Part shown: in pieces, positions 1 to 10,885 of the stretch
How the letters are laid out: each line of letters begins with the position of its first letter
How positions within the stretch are numbered: the stretch's first letter is position 1
From: Emiliania huxleyi CCMP1516
Taxonomy: Eukaryota
Reading direction: 5' to 3'
DNA length: 20,000 nt
Assembly: GCF_000372725.1 (NCBI RefSeq)
Contig: NW_005202428.1
Coordinates: 2,998,815 to 3,018,814, forward strand
Position numbers and translations under genes: made by a program
The notes under the pieces: model-generated
The model's database searches: none
What the model saw: only the letters and a program-made list of their open reading frames with translations
What the model was told of the DNA's origin: nothing

Positions 1-347
1 GGTCTCCCCCCCTCCCCCGGCCTGAGCAGCGGCGGATGGAAGGCAGCCCCGTGAGTCGAGGGCGGCGCGACCATTGCCGAGCTCCAGCGACCAAAGGCCC
101 GGGCGTCTGCTGATGGTCGCGCCGCCCCGCTCCGCGCCGCCCGCCGCCGCGCCGCGCCGCCGCCTCGCGCAGCCGCCGCGCCGCGCCCCGCCCGATGATT
201 AATAATTAAGATTACCCGGAATACGGTACGCAATTAAGGAATTAATGAGTGAATTAATCAATTAATTGAGCGCCCTCGCGTCACCTATGACTCGATCAGT
301 GTGAAGGTGAAGAGATGTCACCGAGCGTGCGAGCAGCTGGCCCGGGG

Positions 348-604
<257 letters not shown>

Positions 605-737
605 AAGGGGGGCGGGGGGGGGGGAGGCATCAGGAGCAGCATCACTAGTCCTCGTAGTCCATCATGAAATAAACTCAAAGGTCCACCACAGCCTCCAGCC
701 TCCACCTCCACCCGCGAGCCTCCACCGCTGCCGCCCG

Positions 738-1010
738 CGACGCCGCCCGCCGCGTCAGATTGTCACGACGCGCCCATCGAGTCGCGTCGGAGAGCCGCGC
801 CGCACCAGCAGCAGCATCTGCACCACCACCAGCAGCAGCAGCAGCACCACCACCACCAGAGAGAGAAGCGCACTGCCCGACGCCGCCCGCCGCGTCAGAT
901 GCTCGCGACGCGCTCGTCGAGCCCAGTCGCAGAGCCGCGCCGCGCCAGCAGCAGCATCTGCATCAGCAGCAGCACCACCACCACCACCAGCAGCAACAGA
1001 GACATGCAGT
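738..1010. repeat. Diverged ~140-bp tandem duplication containing CAG/CAC triplet tracts
   Basis: cgacgccgcccgccgcgtcagat at 738 and 878, each followed by agagccgcgccgc..ccagcagcagcatctgca and CAC/CAG runs. Confidence 0.8.
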
Positions 1011-1389
1011 GCAGGCGCAGAAGCGCTCGCAGAGCGGCGCGCAGAGCCGCGCACGCCACGCTGCGGACCGTCGGACGAGCGCATCGTACGTCGGCGGCGA
1101 GCCGCGTCGCCAGCCGTCTCGCGAGAGAGCGGCGCCGCCGCGTGCGCGCAGCAGCCGCCGCGGCAGAGGCGAGCCGCGACGACGTCCGCATAACGGATAA
1201 CTGCCATTCGCGGTTGCCATGTTCAGGTACACCATTGTCATTGGTTTCGCCAAAAAAGAAATAAAATAGCCAAAAGAATTCAAGCCAGACACCACCTTGG
1301 CCCCCGCGCGAGTATCCAGTGCCATTTCGCCCGGCCACGCCCGGCCATCCTGCAGCCGCTGTCGCCACCGCTATACCCGCTAGTGCTGC

Positions 1390-2409
1390 ATGCGTCGTTC
1401 GCGCAGGTCGCGCACATCGGCGGCTGAGTCGACATCGTCATCCCACTTGGCTGAGTCGACATCATCCGCCCAGGGTGAGGCCGCGCCTCCTTCGCCAGAT
1501 TTGGTGGCGCTGCTCGCGGCAGTGAATGGCGACGAGAGGCTCGTCGAGTCGATTGAGCGCCACCGCTTTGGTGAGAGCGCAGAGGCGCTCTGCGCCCGCT
1601 TTGCTCGTGCTCGCGCCGGCTCGCTGCCAAAGGCGCTTGCGATGCTGCGCAGGGACATGGAGCGGCGAGAGGAGCGCGGCTTTGCCGACCTTCGCGCGAT
1701 GAGCGCGGCGCAGGTGCTCTCCCTCTCACCGTCCCGCGACGGCTCCGACGGCGGGGCGTTGCGCGACCGGCTGCTTGGCGAGTGGAACCCCACCGGCCTC
1801 CTCGGCCGGGACTATGCCGGAAGGCCGGTGCTCTATCGCAACTTTTCTCGCACCCGCCTGTGGGACGTCCCGCTGCCGCTGAGCGCCCTGCTCAAGTACA
1901 ACGAGTGGGTGTCCGAGCGGCTGGCCGCGTCGATGGGCGATGTCGGCAAGTGGACGATCGTGATTGACGTCGCCAACATGGGCGCTGTGCAGTGCCTGCA
2001 CCCGACCCACCTCGCCTTTTGCAAAGGTCTCGCCAGGACGGACGCGGCCCACTATCCCGAACGGCTCGGCCGGCTGCTGCTGATCAACGCGCCAGCCGTC
2101 TTTGAAAAGTTCTGGAACGCGTTCAAGGCCGTGCTCGACCCAAACACGGTCGCCAAGATCGACATCCTCGGCAGCGGCCCCGCCGTGCAGAGGCGCCTCG
2201 CCGAGCTGATGCCGCCCGAGATCCTGCCCTTGGCCCTCGGCGGCAAGGCCACGCTGTCGCTGGCAGGGCTCGACCCCGCGCTGCCATCGCTGCCGCCGAG
2301 CGCCCCGGTGTTTGACGTGGTCGCGACCAGGTCCAGCCGCGGCTCGGGGATCGCGTGCGTCGCCGTGTACGATTGCGAGGAGGAGCCGTCGCCGCAGGCG
2401 GAGGAGTGA
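1390..2409 (+). CDS. CRAL-TRIO (Sec14-like) lipid-binding domain protein, apparently intronless
   Basis: Motifs LCARFARAR..KALAML (CRAL-TRIO N), GRDYAGRPVLY, IVIDV, HYPERLGRLLLINAPAVFEKFWNAFKAVLDPNTVAKIDILG, LPLALGG match the Sec14 consensus. Start codon uncertain. Confidence 0.9.
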   Translation: MRRSRRSRTSAAESTSSSHLAESTSSAQGEAAPPSPDLVALLAAVNGDERLVESIERHRFGESAEALCARFARARAGSLPKALAMLRRDMERREERGFADLRAMSAAQVLSLSPSRDGSDGGALRDRLLGEWNPTGLLGRDYAGRPVLYRNFSRTRLWDVPLPLSALLKYNEWVSERLAASMGDVGKWTIVIDVANMGAVQCLHPTHLAFCKGLARTDAAHYPERLGRLLLINAPAVFEKFWNAFKAVLDPNTVAKIDILGSGPAVQRRLAELMPPEILPLALGGKATLSLAGLDPALPSLPPSAPVFDVVATRSSRGSGIACVAVYDCEEEPSPQAEE

Positions 2410-3547
2410 GCCCCTGCGCGTGTATATCTCTGTTTATCCCTTCTCCTGTGACGCCTTGACACGGTTCTTTGTTCGCGCGTGTGTGCGTGCGTGTGCCGTA
2501 TCGCGTATGGTGTATGGTGTTGGTGTGCCGTGTGCGTGCTGTGTGTCGGGCGCGTGAAAGCGAGCAAGCAAGAAAAAAACTGGAGCGTGGGTAGCGGGCC
2601 GACTACACGGTAAGGCATACGCGATACGGACCTTGCAGTAAACCTTTTCCTTCTAAGCAGGGCTACACAATGACCCCATAGTGTGTGGGTGTTTCTGGCG
2701 AGTCGTGATGAGTAGAATTAGATTAGCCAATGTTATTTTGAAGTTCATATATGAAAATACCAACTTGCCTATGTGCACGTCTCCGCGGCAGCGGCCCGGA
2801 GGCGGCCCGGCGGAGCGGTCAGAGCACTGCGCCGGCCGGCGATCGACTCTCGACTATAACACGGGCTCTATTGAATGGCCTCAAGGTGCTCTCTAGGGCT
2901 GCCCTATTCCGCTCGCCCGGCTACGTCGCTGAGCTTCGAAGGAAAAGGTTTCGCTCGGCACGGCGTCGGAGAGCAAACTTCGGCGTTCGTCCTATTTGGA
3001 ATGCTGGACGCACGTCGGCAAGTGGGCCGATGACCAGGCGGGCTGCTGCTCAGAATCTGGGCCCTCTTGGCGACCGCTCTCGCGCTCTCCATAATGGCTT
3101 TGCCCCCTCCCTCCCGCGCCGACGTTGGGCAGCCCGACCACGACAACGCCAGTGCCGCCGGCCTGCAGCTCGAGGCGCCGTTGAATGAGCACGAGAGCCG
3201 GTGCACGACGGCGGCGCGGGTGATGCAGCCCAAGGTGACGACGACGGCGGAGGGGGCGGCGGCGGAGGGGGCGGCGGCGGCAGCGGCGACGGCCGCGGGG
3301 TCGGCCCGCCCGCCTTTGCTGCTGGGCTGTGGGCATCATCACAGCTCAACGTGAAGTCAAGGCGCGGAAGCTTCAGTGGGCACTTTTCGCGTCATTTGCC
3401 ACGCATATAGCGCCGCGGACCGGTCTACCGGACCCGCCCCTGATCTTGCTCTCTTCCTCGACTCGACCTTCCGCGATCTTTCTCGACTACCTGATGCTGA
3501 GTTCCCGTAGCCCTGGGGGGTGCGCGTTCGCAGGGAAAGGGCCATAA

Positions 3548-5540
3548 AGTAAACACGGGTCTCCGAGGGTTGGTTCCGTGTACCGGGTTTCCCCTTAACT
3601 TCAGAACGCCCCCTCTACTCGGAGCTAGTAGACACGACACTGTACACCACGCACGTACACAGGTCCTCACTCAGCATCCCGTCCCAGGGTTCCACCGCCC
3701 GCCTTCACGGGGCTCCGGTTCTCCCTGATTCGCTCTTTTATTCGCCAGCCGAGCGTCGCCTGACGGCCGCTGTAGCCGTTTCTGATGTCTCTTCTTTGGC
3801 CGAGGTCTCGCCTCCGCTTCACCTCCGACTGGTACTGCCGCCTCCGAGAGCGTCGACTGCCCTGCTGAAGTTACCCCGGGCGAGGACGGCGGCATTGGGT
3901 CGCGTCGCTCCCCCTCCCAGGGAGGTCGGGCCCGTTCTCCCTGGCCGACGAGTCGTGCCCGCCCCCGCGGCCTCTCTATCGTTCTCGGCCCGCCCCTCCC
4001 CTCCACCGGCTCCTCCCCAAGCTCGGGGGGCCGTGGCTCCCCTTGTCGTAGATCACGGTGGTCCGGCTGCCGCCGCGACGGGTCTACCCCCGGTGGGCTC
4101 GCATGGCCCGACTCCACTCGCAGAGGCCGAGTCAGCTGCTCAGCTCGACCCTCCCCTCCCCCGACAGTTGACTCCAGGCCTCACTCGGGGCCCTCCGGTC
4201 CTGGCCTTCCGGTTCGCCGGATGGCCCGCTGTCTTCCCACGGCACCTCCCCCCCCTCGGTCCCCTCCCCCGGGTACTCCAGCCTCCGACGGGGCGGTTCC
4301 GGCCCCCCCAGGCTCCGCGCGGGTCGGTGCGGTGACGACCACGTCGGCGGCGGGGGCGGAGGCGGCGGAGGGGGGGGGTGGGTACGGTGGCGGTACCGGC
4401 GGTCGCATCGCTCGGTACGGGGCCTCAGAGGCGGCCCCTCGACCCAGCGGCCGCTCCAGCGGTGGGGGCGGAGGCGGTGGTGGGGGGGGCGGGTATGGTG
4501 GCGGTGCTGGCGGCCGCAACGCCTGGCGCGGGGCCTCGGGGGCGGCCCCCTGCCCCTGCGGTCGTTTCAGACGCGGTTCCACACGTCGGCCGTCTACCAC
4601 ACTCGGGGGGGGGGGGCTAGTCCTTGTCTCCCCTCGAGAAGGGAAGGGGCCAGGGCCCGGATTTGCCGACGGCCCCGCCTCTCCCTCCCCCCGCTCCGCA
4701 CCAGGCCGTAGACTGCGCAGCAGCCGCGCCGCCTCCCCCCTCACCCGGCCCCCCTCGATTCGGTCCCGCACCGACCGGATATCAAAGGCCGAGTTGTGTT
4801 CGGACAGCGGGCCCGCCGATGCCACACGCCTCTTCACACAGCAGGCGTACGCCTTCATCGCCTGCCTCCCCGACGGCGTCGGTCCCGGTGCAATGTCGTT
4901 GACGAGGTAGTCCTCCCCCCCCCCCCGGAAAACCTGTCCAAGAAGGTCTGTCGAGCCAACTAGTCGTTTAGCCAGGCCCCACACCTCCCGTGCCTGTACT
5001 GGCCTGAGCACGCCGGTGCTGGCCGCGAACGGCAGACCGATCGCCCTAAGTTCTGCCAGGATCGCCCTCTCGCCCGCCACCGCGGTCTCTTGATCCATCT
5101 CGGCTTCTCGGATCGCCTTCTCCCGTTGTCTTGCTCTGTCTGCTGCCGGCACGAACCTCACCGGGCTGCCTCGTGCCCTTCCTGGCAAGATCCGCGTCGG
5201 GGGAGGCCGACCCCCAGGTTCAGCCCGGCTCGGGGTGCGCTCGCCCGTTGCGACGGTTGCCCCCCCCTCGCCGCCGACCCGTCTCCTTGACCTTGTCTCC
5301 TCTTCTCACCGACCACAGGGGCCGCGCAGCCGAAACACACAAACACCCCCTGTCCCTGCATGGCGTGGCACAGGCGCGTCTTCATCCCCTCCTCCGCTTC
5401 CCCTTCCACCCGCTCAGAGATCCGTTCAAGGATGGCGCTAACCACACCCCTTCAGCCACTTTCGTAGCCGCAGGTCCGTCCTCCGGCTTCACGTGGAACA
5501 GTGTGCGAACTTTATTGCCGCACCCAAGACCGGCTAAAGG
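3548..5540 (-). mobile_element. Degenerate retroelement-like fragment (family 3): frameshifted ORF pieces (5445-5158, 5188-4181, 4117-3671) followed by a repeated ~110-bp 3' end
   Basis: Collinear broken minus-strand ORFs with a CFGC motif and Pro-rich tracts; terminal 3548-3660 recurs at 8905-8995. No RT or endonuclease motif seen, so class is inferred. Confidence 0.45.
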
Positions 5541-5542
5541 CT

Positions 5543-5798
5543 AAATTCTTTTCCGCAGTGGTGTACCTGTGTTAGTGCCAGTGCGCGCCAGTCCCGTGCC
5601 CAGTGTAAAGAAAGAAAGAAAGAAAACACACAACCCAAGGGAGGGATGGGAGAACGGCACGCCGCCACCACACAGGGATTTTAAGGAGAGGAGAGTGTGA
5701 TGCGCTAGCCGTCGCCCACCCTGGGAAGTCTGCCTCTTCGTATCTCTTTTCCCCTGCGCAGTGTTTTCGGAGGTGCAAAACGGTAAAATTCTTTTCCG
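5543..5798 (+). promoter_or_regulatory. Conserved upstream module, copy 1 (interrupted by retroelement fragment 5607-5758)
   Basis: Core 5560-5606 is 46/47 identical to reverse complement of 16616-16662; flanked by aaattcttttccg at 5543-5555 and 5786-5798; ends 27 nt before the HIS6 ATG. Confidence 0.6.
5607..5758 (-). mobile_element. 5'-truncated non-LTR-retrotransposon-like 3' end (family 1, copy A) with (CTTT)n tail and 6-bp TSD CAGTGT
   Basis: Reverse complement matches ~14905-15061 (ggcgacggctagcgcatcacac..aaaatccctgtgtggtggcggcgtgccg); tail 5607-5626; cagtgt at 5601-5606 and 5759-5764. Confidence 0.8.
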
Positions 5799-5825
5799 TT
5801 GGGCAGTGCTACTCGTGTGATCGCG

Positions 5826-6608
5826 ATGACACGATTTCGGCCCTGCATCGATCTCCACGCGGGCGTCGTCAAGCAGATTGTCGGCTCGACGCTGTCGGAC
5901 GACCCGGACCGGCCGCCGGTCGAGAACTTCGTCGCGAAGCGCTCGCCCGCGGAGTTTGCGGCGCTCTACGCGCAGGCGCAGCTCGAGGGCGGCCACGTCA
6001 TCATGCTAGGGCCCGGCAACGAGGCGTCGGCGCTCGCCGCGCTCGCCGCGTACCCGGGCGGCCTGCAGATTGGCGGCGGCATCAACCCGCAGAACGCGAC
6101 TCGCTACCTCGACGCTGGCGCGTCGCACGTCATCGTGACGTCGTACGTCTTTCGCGACGGCAGGCTGGACGAGGAGCGGCTCGCAGAGATGGTGAAGGCC
6201 GTGGGGCCGCGCCGCCTCGTGCTCGATCTCTCGTGTCGCCGGCGTGCGCCCGGGGGGCCCTTCTACGTCGTCACCGACCGATGGCAGAAGTTCACCGACC
6301 TGACGGTGGACGGCACGACTCTGCGGCGGCTGGCCGCGAGCTGCGCCGAGTTTTTGGTGCACGCCGTCGACGTCGAGGGGAAGCAGTCGGGCGTCGAGCG
6401 AGAGCTGGTCGAGGTCCTCGGCCGCGAATCGCCCCTCCCCGTGACGTACGCGGGCGGCGCTCGCTCGCTCGAGGACCTCGACCTCGTGGCGCAGCTGTCC
6501 TGCGGGCGGGTCGACGTCACCGTGGGCTCGGCGCTCGACATCTTTGGCGGGGGCTTGTCGTTTGACGCCACGGTGGCGTGGGACGGGAGGCAGCGTGCGG
6601 CGGCGTAG
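5826..6608 (+). CDS. HIS6: Phosphoribosylformimino-5-aminoimidazole carboxamide ribotide isomerase (eukaryotic-type HisA), 260 aa, intronless
   Basis: MTRFRPCIDLHAGVVKQIVGSTL, GGHVIMLG, LQIGGGIN, GASHVIVTSYVF, RLVLDLSCR, EFLVHAVDVEG, VTYAGG, VGSALDIFGG are hallmark motifs of yeast His6 and plant HISN3. Confidence 0.97.
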   Translation: MTRFRPCIDLHAGVVKQIVGSTLSDDPDRPPVENFVAKRSPAEFAALYAQAQLEGGHVIMLGPGNEASALAALAAYPGGLQIGGGINPQNATRYLDAGASHVIVTSYVFRDGRLDEERLAEMVKAVGPRRLVLDLSCRRRAPGGPFYVVTDRWQKFTDLTVDGTTLRRLAASCAEFLVHAVDVEGKQSGVERELVEVLGRESPLPVTYAGGARSLEDLDLVAQLSCGRVDVTVGSALDIFGGGLSFDATVAWDGRQRAAA

Positions 6609-7229
6609 CGCGCCGTCGCCCTCCCTCTGATCGCGGCATGTGAGAGAAAGATGAACAAGGGGGGGCTCCCTCCGGAAACTCCGCTCTTTCGGGACGCTCT
6701 TTTTCAAGAAGAAAAAACTCGGGGTTCCCGGGGTGGAACCCATGTTTGTATCCCTTGGGTCAAATGTTCATGCCGGAGAGGACAAAGGGTTTCCCCCCCC
6801 CCCGGGGAAATTTGCCCCCGCCCCCCCCCCCCCCCCCGCGCCCGGCCGGCCCCCGCCGGGCCCGCTCGCGGTCTCGCGCGTCTTCCGCTCTCGCGCGCGC
6901 GACTCGAGGCTGCGAAACCGAAAGTTTATTATTGTCACGACTGCGGTGTGCCCGAGGGACGAGCCACACAGGGCACTGGAATGGCCGAGGCGCGCGCACA
7001 CACGGGACTACACCGACCCGACGGCACGTCGGCGGGGCGTGCCGCGGGGGGGCGCCTGTGAGAGCGACCGAGAAGCGGGCGACGTACCAAGAAGCGCAAT
7101 CCGGGGCGGCTCGCCCGTTCGGGCTGAGCGAATCGACCGAAACACACACACACAGAAGAGAGCGAGTGGGCGGCGGGGGCCGCCCTCACAAGCCGCAAGT
7201 TGGCCGCAGGGCGCAGCCAGGGTGGAAGC

Positions 7230-7860
7230 TCACGTCGACTTGCGCCAGAGCCGCTTGACCGTGCCTGTGATGCCCTCGCCCGTCAGGTTGAGGCGGAGGA
7301 AGCCGAGCAGAGTCACGCCCGTCAGGCCGAGCATCGCGACGCGGCTCGGCCCCTTCGCGCCCTTGCCGAGGAACTTTTCGGCGTAGTCGGCGATGACGCA
7401 GTTCATGGCGAAGTGGGCGTGCAGCGGGAAGGCGACGCCGAGGGCGAGGTCCACCTGCGAAGGGACCGGGGGCGCTGGGCGCGCGCCACTCGAGGCTCGA
7501 GCGGCCGCCGCACGCAGAGGCCCACGCCGGCATCGCGAGCAGCGAGGGAGAGACGGCAAAGGCGACTGGCGTGAGGCCGAGCAGCGCCCAGTTGAGCTTG
7601 TGGTACTGCGCCATGAGCGGGCCGGACGTGTCTGGCGCGAGCACATCTTGCGCCGGCTTGGCTGCGGGCAACGAGGGCGCCGCGCGGGGTGAGGGTGCTC
7701 TTGAGGCGCGGGGAGGGGGGGAGGGGAGCGCGGAGAGAACGGGAGGGGAGGAATGGAGGGCAGGGGGTACGCGAGGCCGGACGGAATGGCGGGCGGGACT
7801 CGCACCCGCGCGGAAGCCTCGCGACAGCCGCGGAGCGACAAGGGCGGCCCTGGAGAGCAT
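7230..7860 (-). CDS. SDH4: Succinate dehydrogenase cytochrome b small subunit (CybS/SDH4), ~137 aa; predicted exons 7860-7806, 7661-7528, 7454-7230
   Basis: Mitochondrial-like presequence MLSRAALVAPRLSRGFRA; YHKLNWALLGLTPVAF and VDLALGVAFPLHAHFAMNCVIADY..GITGTVKRLW motifs; a GT-AG intron (7805-7662) and a GC-AG intron (7527-7455) give a continuous frame. Confidence 0.88.
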
Positions 7861-8904
7861 TGATGATCGGGGCACGACGGACTGCCTCGCTCGGCGTCGG
7901 TGTTTGAAGGGTATTTCTTTTTCTCTCTTTTTTTCTAGAGTGATCTGAGCTGAAAACGGCGCCTCAACCAACGGTATGGCGGGTGGAGTGCTCTCTACTG
8001 CCGCGGCGCCCCTGTCGGTTCGGAGGCGACCGGCTGCTCTCGCGGCGCCGAGGCGTGCCGCTTTGGTCATGTCACGGGCGCTGCGAGGTGTCTCTTGGCA
8101 TGTCGGCGCTTGGCATGGACGCCAGGAAGCTCGCCTTCCTTGCCTGCGGCCGCGGGCGTGCGGGTGGGCACGCCAGGCTCGGCGACGCTCCGCGCGGGTC
8201 TTCGTACTTCGAGCTCGCGACCCGCGACGAGCCAGCATGGCTCGTCGCTCGACGGGAGCCTGCCCAGCATGCTCTCGGCACTCTGTACAGCCTCGACAAG
8301 GGGGCAACGTGTCGACCTCTCTCTCTGGTGCACCACGGGCCGCGACGGCCTGCTAGCAGCTGGCGCGAGGAGGCAGTGTGCCGGCAGCCCGGCACAGTCG
8401 AGCCGGAGCATCGGGTTCTTGATGCTTGTGGGGGTCAAGTTTGACCTTATGTGGCATAATATGCAACAATAAGGCTATGCTATCTCCCGGCTTTTTGAGA
8501 TATGATCCCTCAAAGTCGAATTATGGTCGAGCACTTGAGCACTGGATAGGGTCGATTCCGCATGGCACGGGACCCCTCGATCGTCTCGCCCTCCCTCACT
8601 GGTGTGTTCATTGGGGGGGGGCATAACAAACACGGTGCAGGATCGAGGTGCACGCTGCCGAAGCAGTGTCGTCCCCCCTCTCCCCGACGGCGATGGCGGT
8701 GTGACCGATTACTAGTGACCATAGTACCGTCTGTCTTGTTTGCGTTTCTTCCAACGAATACGACTTTAAAGTCTCGACAATCACTAAGCTGCTTATGTGG
8801 CACCGCAGAGGCTCCCTTGGGGATGCCTGAGGCCACCCCAACCAGTCACCAAGCCTTGCGTGGACGAATTCAAACCTACTTTTATGGTTTACCCACACTA
8901 AGCG

Positions 8905-8995
8905 AGTAAACGCGGGTCTCCGAGAGGGCTCCGTGTACCGGGTTTCCCTACTCGGAGCTAGTGGACACGGACGCGACACCACACGTCACGTACAC
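8905..8995 (-). mobile_element. Second, isolated copy of the family-3 3' end
   Basis: agtaaacRcgggtctccgag..tccgtgtaccgggtttccc..ctactcggagctagtRgacacg..cacgtacac shared with 3548-3660. Confidence 0.65.
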
Positions 8996-9508
8996 GTACA
9001 CGACTGCCTAATGCGTTCTGCTCTCCTTCCTTTTGCTTTTCGCTTTTGTCACCGACTGGCGCGCGCGCTCTCTCTCTCTCTTGCTTGTTGCGTGTGAGTG
9101 TGTGTGAAGAATAGCTCCGCCGTTCATGGAGGCACCGATGCGAGTCGACTGGTGTGTGTCGTCGTGGTTTCGTATCAAGAATAACTCACTCAACACTCAC
9201 GCACTCACTCACTCACTTGTTGCGTCCTACTGCTTTCAGAACCTTCCTTTTACCTAGACGCCGGCCGCCACGAGGCAGGCTCCACGCCTGTGCAACTCTC
9301 GGCGTTCCAAACGATGAGAGGTTGGGGTGCGAGCCCTGGAGACCCCAAGGGCCGAAGGCGGAAGGGAGGAGACTCGCCGGGTACCCGGTTACACACCGGG
9401 TGGCAGCGGCTGGGCCCCCAGCCAAGAGCAATGATGCCCGGGCAGCCAACCCAGCCACGCCGCGCGGGCAGCCCCTCGCCCACCCGCGCCGGTGTGCCGC
9501 GGACGAGC

Positions 9509-10885
9509 ATGTCCGAGCGCATCCTCGCCGCGGAACAGCGGCTCGAGGCGCTCGACCGGGAGCGCGAGGTCGCCGCCGCCGACCTCACCGCGCTCCGGGA
9601 GCGGGCCGCCGCGCCGGCCACTGAGCGGCGCTTGCGGACGGCCTACGCGCTGTGGCTCTGCTGCCCCTTCTACCCCGCGTACGCGCTCTATCTCGGCCGC
9701 GACCTGCACGCGTGCCTCTACACGCTCACCCTCGGCGGCTTTGGCGTCGGCTGGCTGGTCGACGGCGCCTGCCTGCCGTGGTATGTTGCCGACTACAACG
9801 AGCCGCTCGGCTACCTCATGCGCGCGCAGCGGCGAGCGGCGGCGCGGCTCTTCGCGTGGCGCACGCTTCTCCTCCCGGCGCGCTGGCTCCTCGTCTCGGC
9901 AAGCTGCTCCCTCGCGGCGGCCCTCGCGGCGGCGGCGCTGCCGGTGAAGCGGCTCGAGGCGGCGGTGGGAGCCGAGCGCGCGGCGGTGGCGCGGCTCGTC
10001 GCGGGGCTGCTCGGCGCCACGGTTGGTGCCACCTGCGCCTGCCGCTGCGTCGCCGCCGTCCGCACGCGGGCGAGGCCGCAGAGGGCTCTGTTTTGGGGCG
10101 CGCTGCTGCTCTCGCTCGTGCTCGCGTCGGAGGAGGCGCGGGACAAGGTTGCGGAGGAGGGGGTGGCGCCCTCGCTCGCGGCGGTCTCGCTCTCCGTGGC
10201 GGTGGCGGCGATGGGCGGCGCCGCCTTCGACCCGTCGCTCTCTCCCTCGAGGGGCGGCCCGGCCGGGCTGGCGGCGCGGCTGCTGCTGCAGCTCGGCGGC
10301 GTGGGCGGCGTGGCGGCGGTGGCCGCCCTCTCCTTCCACCTCAACGGCGACGAGTGGCTGGGCAAGGACGGGCGCAAGAAGCTGCGCGAGGCTGGGGCGC
10401 AGCTCCACACGCTGTACGAGCAGCTCCGCGCGCGCTCCCTCGCCGACCACTGGGCGAGATCTAGCCGAGACGCGGCCGAGATCTTCCGAGATGCGGCCGA
10501 GATCTTCGCGCTCCCTCGCCGATCGGCGTCTGTGAGAGCGGCGGCGCGGCCCCAGAGGCACGCCCAGGGCGCCTCCCCGACACGTGCCCGCAGGCCGACC
10601 TGCGCGAGTTGCTGCGCGACCCAGGCGATGGCGCCGCGACGCCGCTCGGCCTCGCGACGTTTCCTTGACGTGTCCCGGACGCGTGTGCCAGGCGACGACG
10701 CCGCGACGCTGCTCGGCGTGGCGCGCGACGCTTCGCCCGCTGAGATCAAACAGGCGCACCGGCGACTCGCGCGGCTGCACCACCCGGACAAGCAGCAGGA
10801 CGCGAGCCGCGAGGAGAAGGAGGAGGCGGAGCGGATGATGAGCCGGCTGAACGCCGCAAAGGACACGCTGCTGGGCGAGTCGTGA
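9509..10885 (+). CDS. DNAJC22: DNAJC22/Wurst-like membrane co-chaperone (N-terminal TM2 domain, C-terminal J domain); predicted exons 9509-10453, 10594-10624, 10692-10885
   Basis: TM2 motif AYALWL..ALYLGRDLHACLYTLTLGGFGVGWLVD; J domain LLGVARDASPAEIKQAHRRLARLHHPDK..RLNAAKDTL; two GC-AG introns (140 and 67 nt) give HW-ADLRELLRDPG-DDAA. Start codon uncertain. Confidence 0.85.
   Translation: MSERILAAEQRLEALDREREVAAADLTALRERAAAPATERRLRTAYALWLCCPFYPAYALYLGRDLHACLYTLTLGGFGVGWLVDGACLPWYVADYNEPLGYLMRAQRRAAARLFAWRTLLLPARWLLVSASCSLAAALAAAALPVKRLEAAVGAERAAVARLVAGLLGATVGATCACRCVAAVRTRARPQRALFWGALLLSLVLASEEARDKVAEEGVAPSLAAVSLSVAVAAMGGAAFDPSLSPSRGGPAGLAARLLLQLGGVGGVAAVAALSFHLNGDEWLGKDGRKKLREAGAQLHTLYEQLRARSLADHWARSSRDAAEIFRDAAEIFALPRRSASVRAAARPQRHAQGASPTRARRPTCASCCATQAMAPRRRSASRRFLDVSRTRVPGDDAATLLGVARDASPAEIKQAHRRLARLHHPDKQQDASREEKEEAERMMSRLNAAKDTLLGES

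Noticed and set aside
2680..3545. Short ORFs or transposon in the Sec14-like 3' intergenic region
   Set aside because: No motif, terminal repeats or second copy visible in the window.
3561..3629. Helitron 3' end (hairpin plus CTAG|T)
   Set aside because: Homology between the two copies continues ~30 bp beyond CTAG, so it is not the terminus.
6655..6860. Homopolymer-rich segment between HIS6 and SDH4 as a regulatory or G4 element
   Set aside because: Looks like low-complexity or low-quality sequence; no second copy or clear structure.
9290..10885. 531-aa uninterrupted ORF as the true DNAJC22 protein
   Set aside because: Non-ATG start and read-through of two predicted introns whose lengths sum to a multiple of 3.
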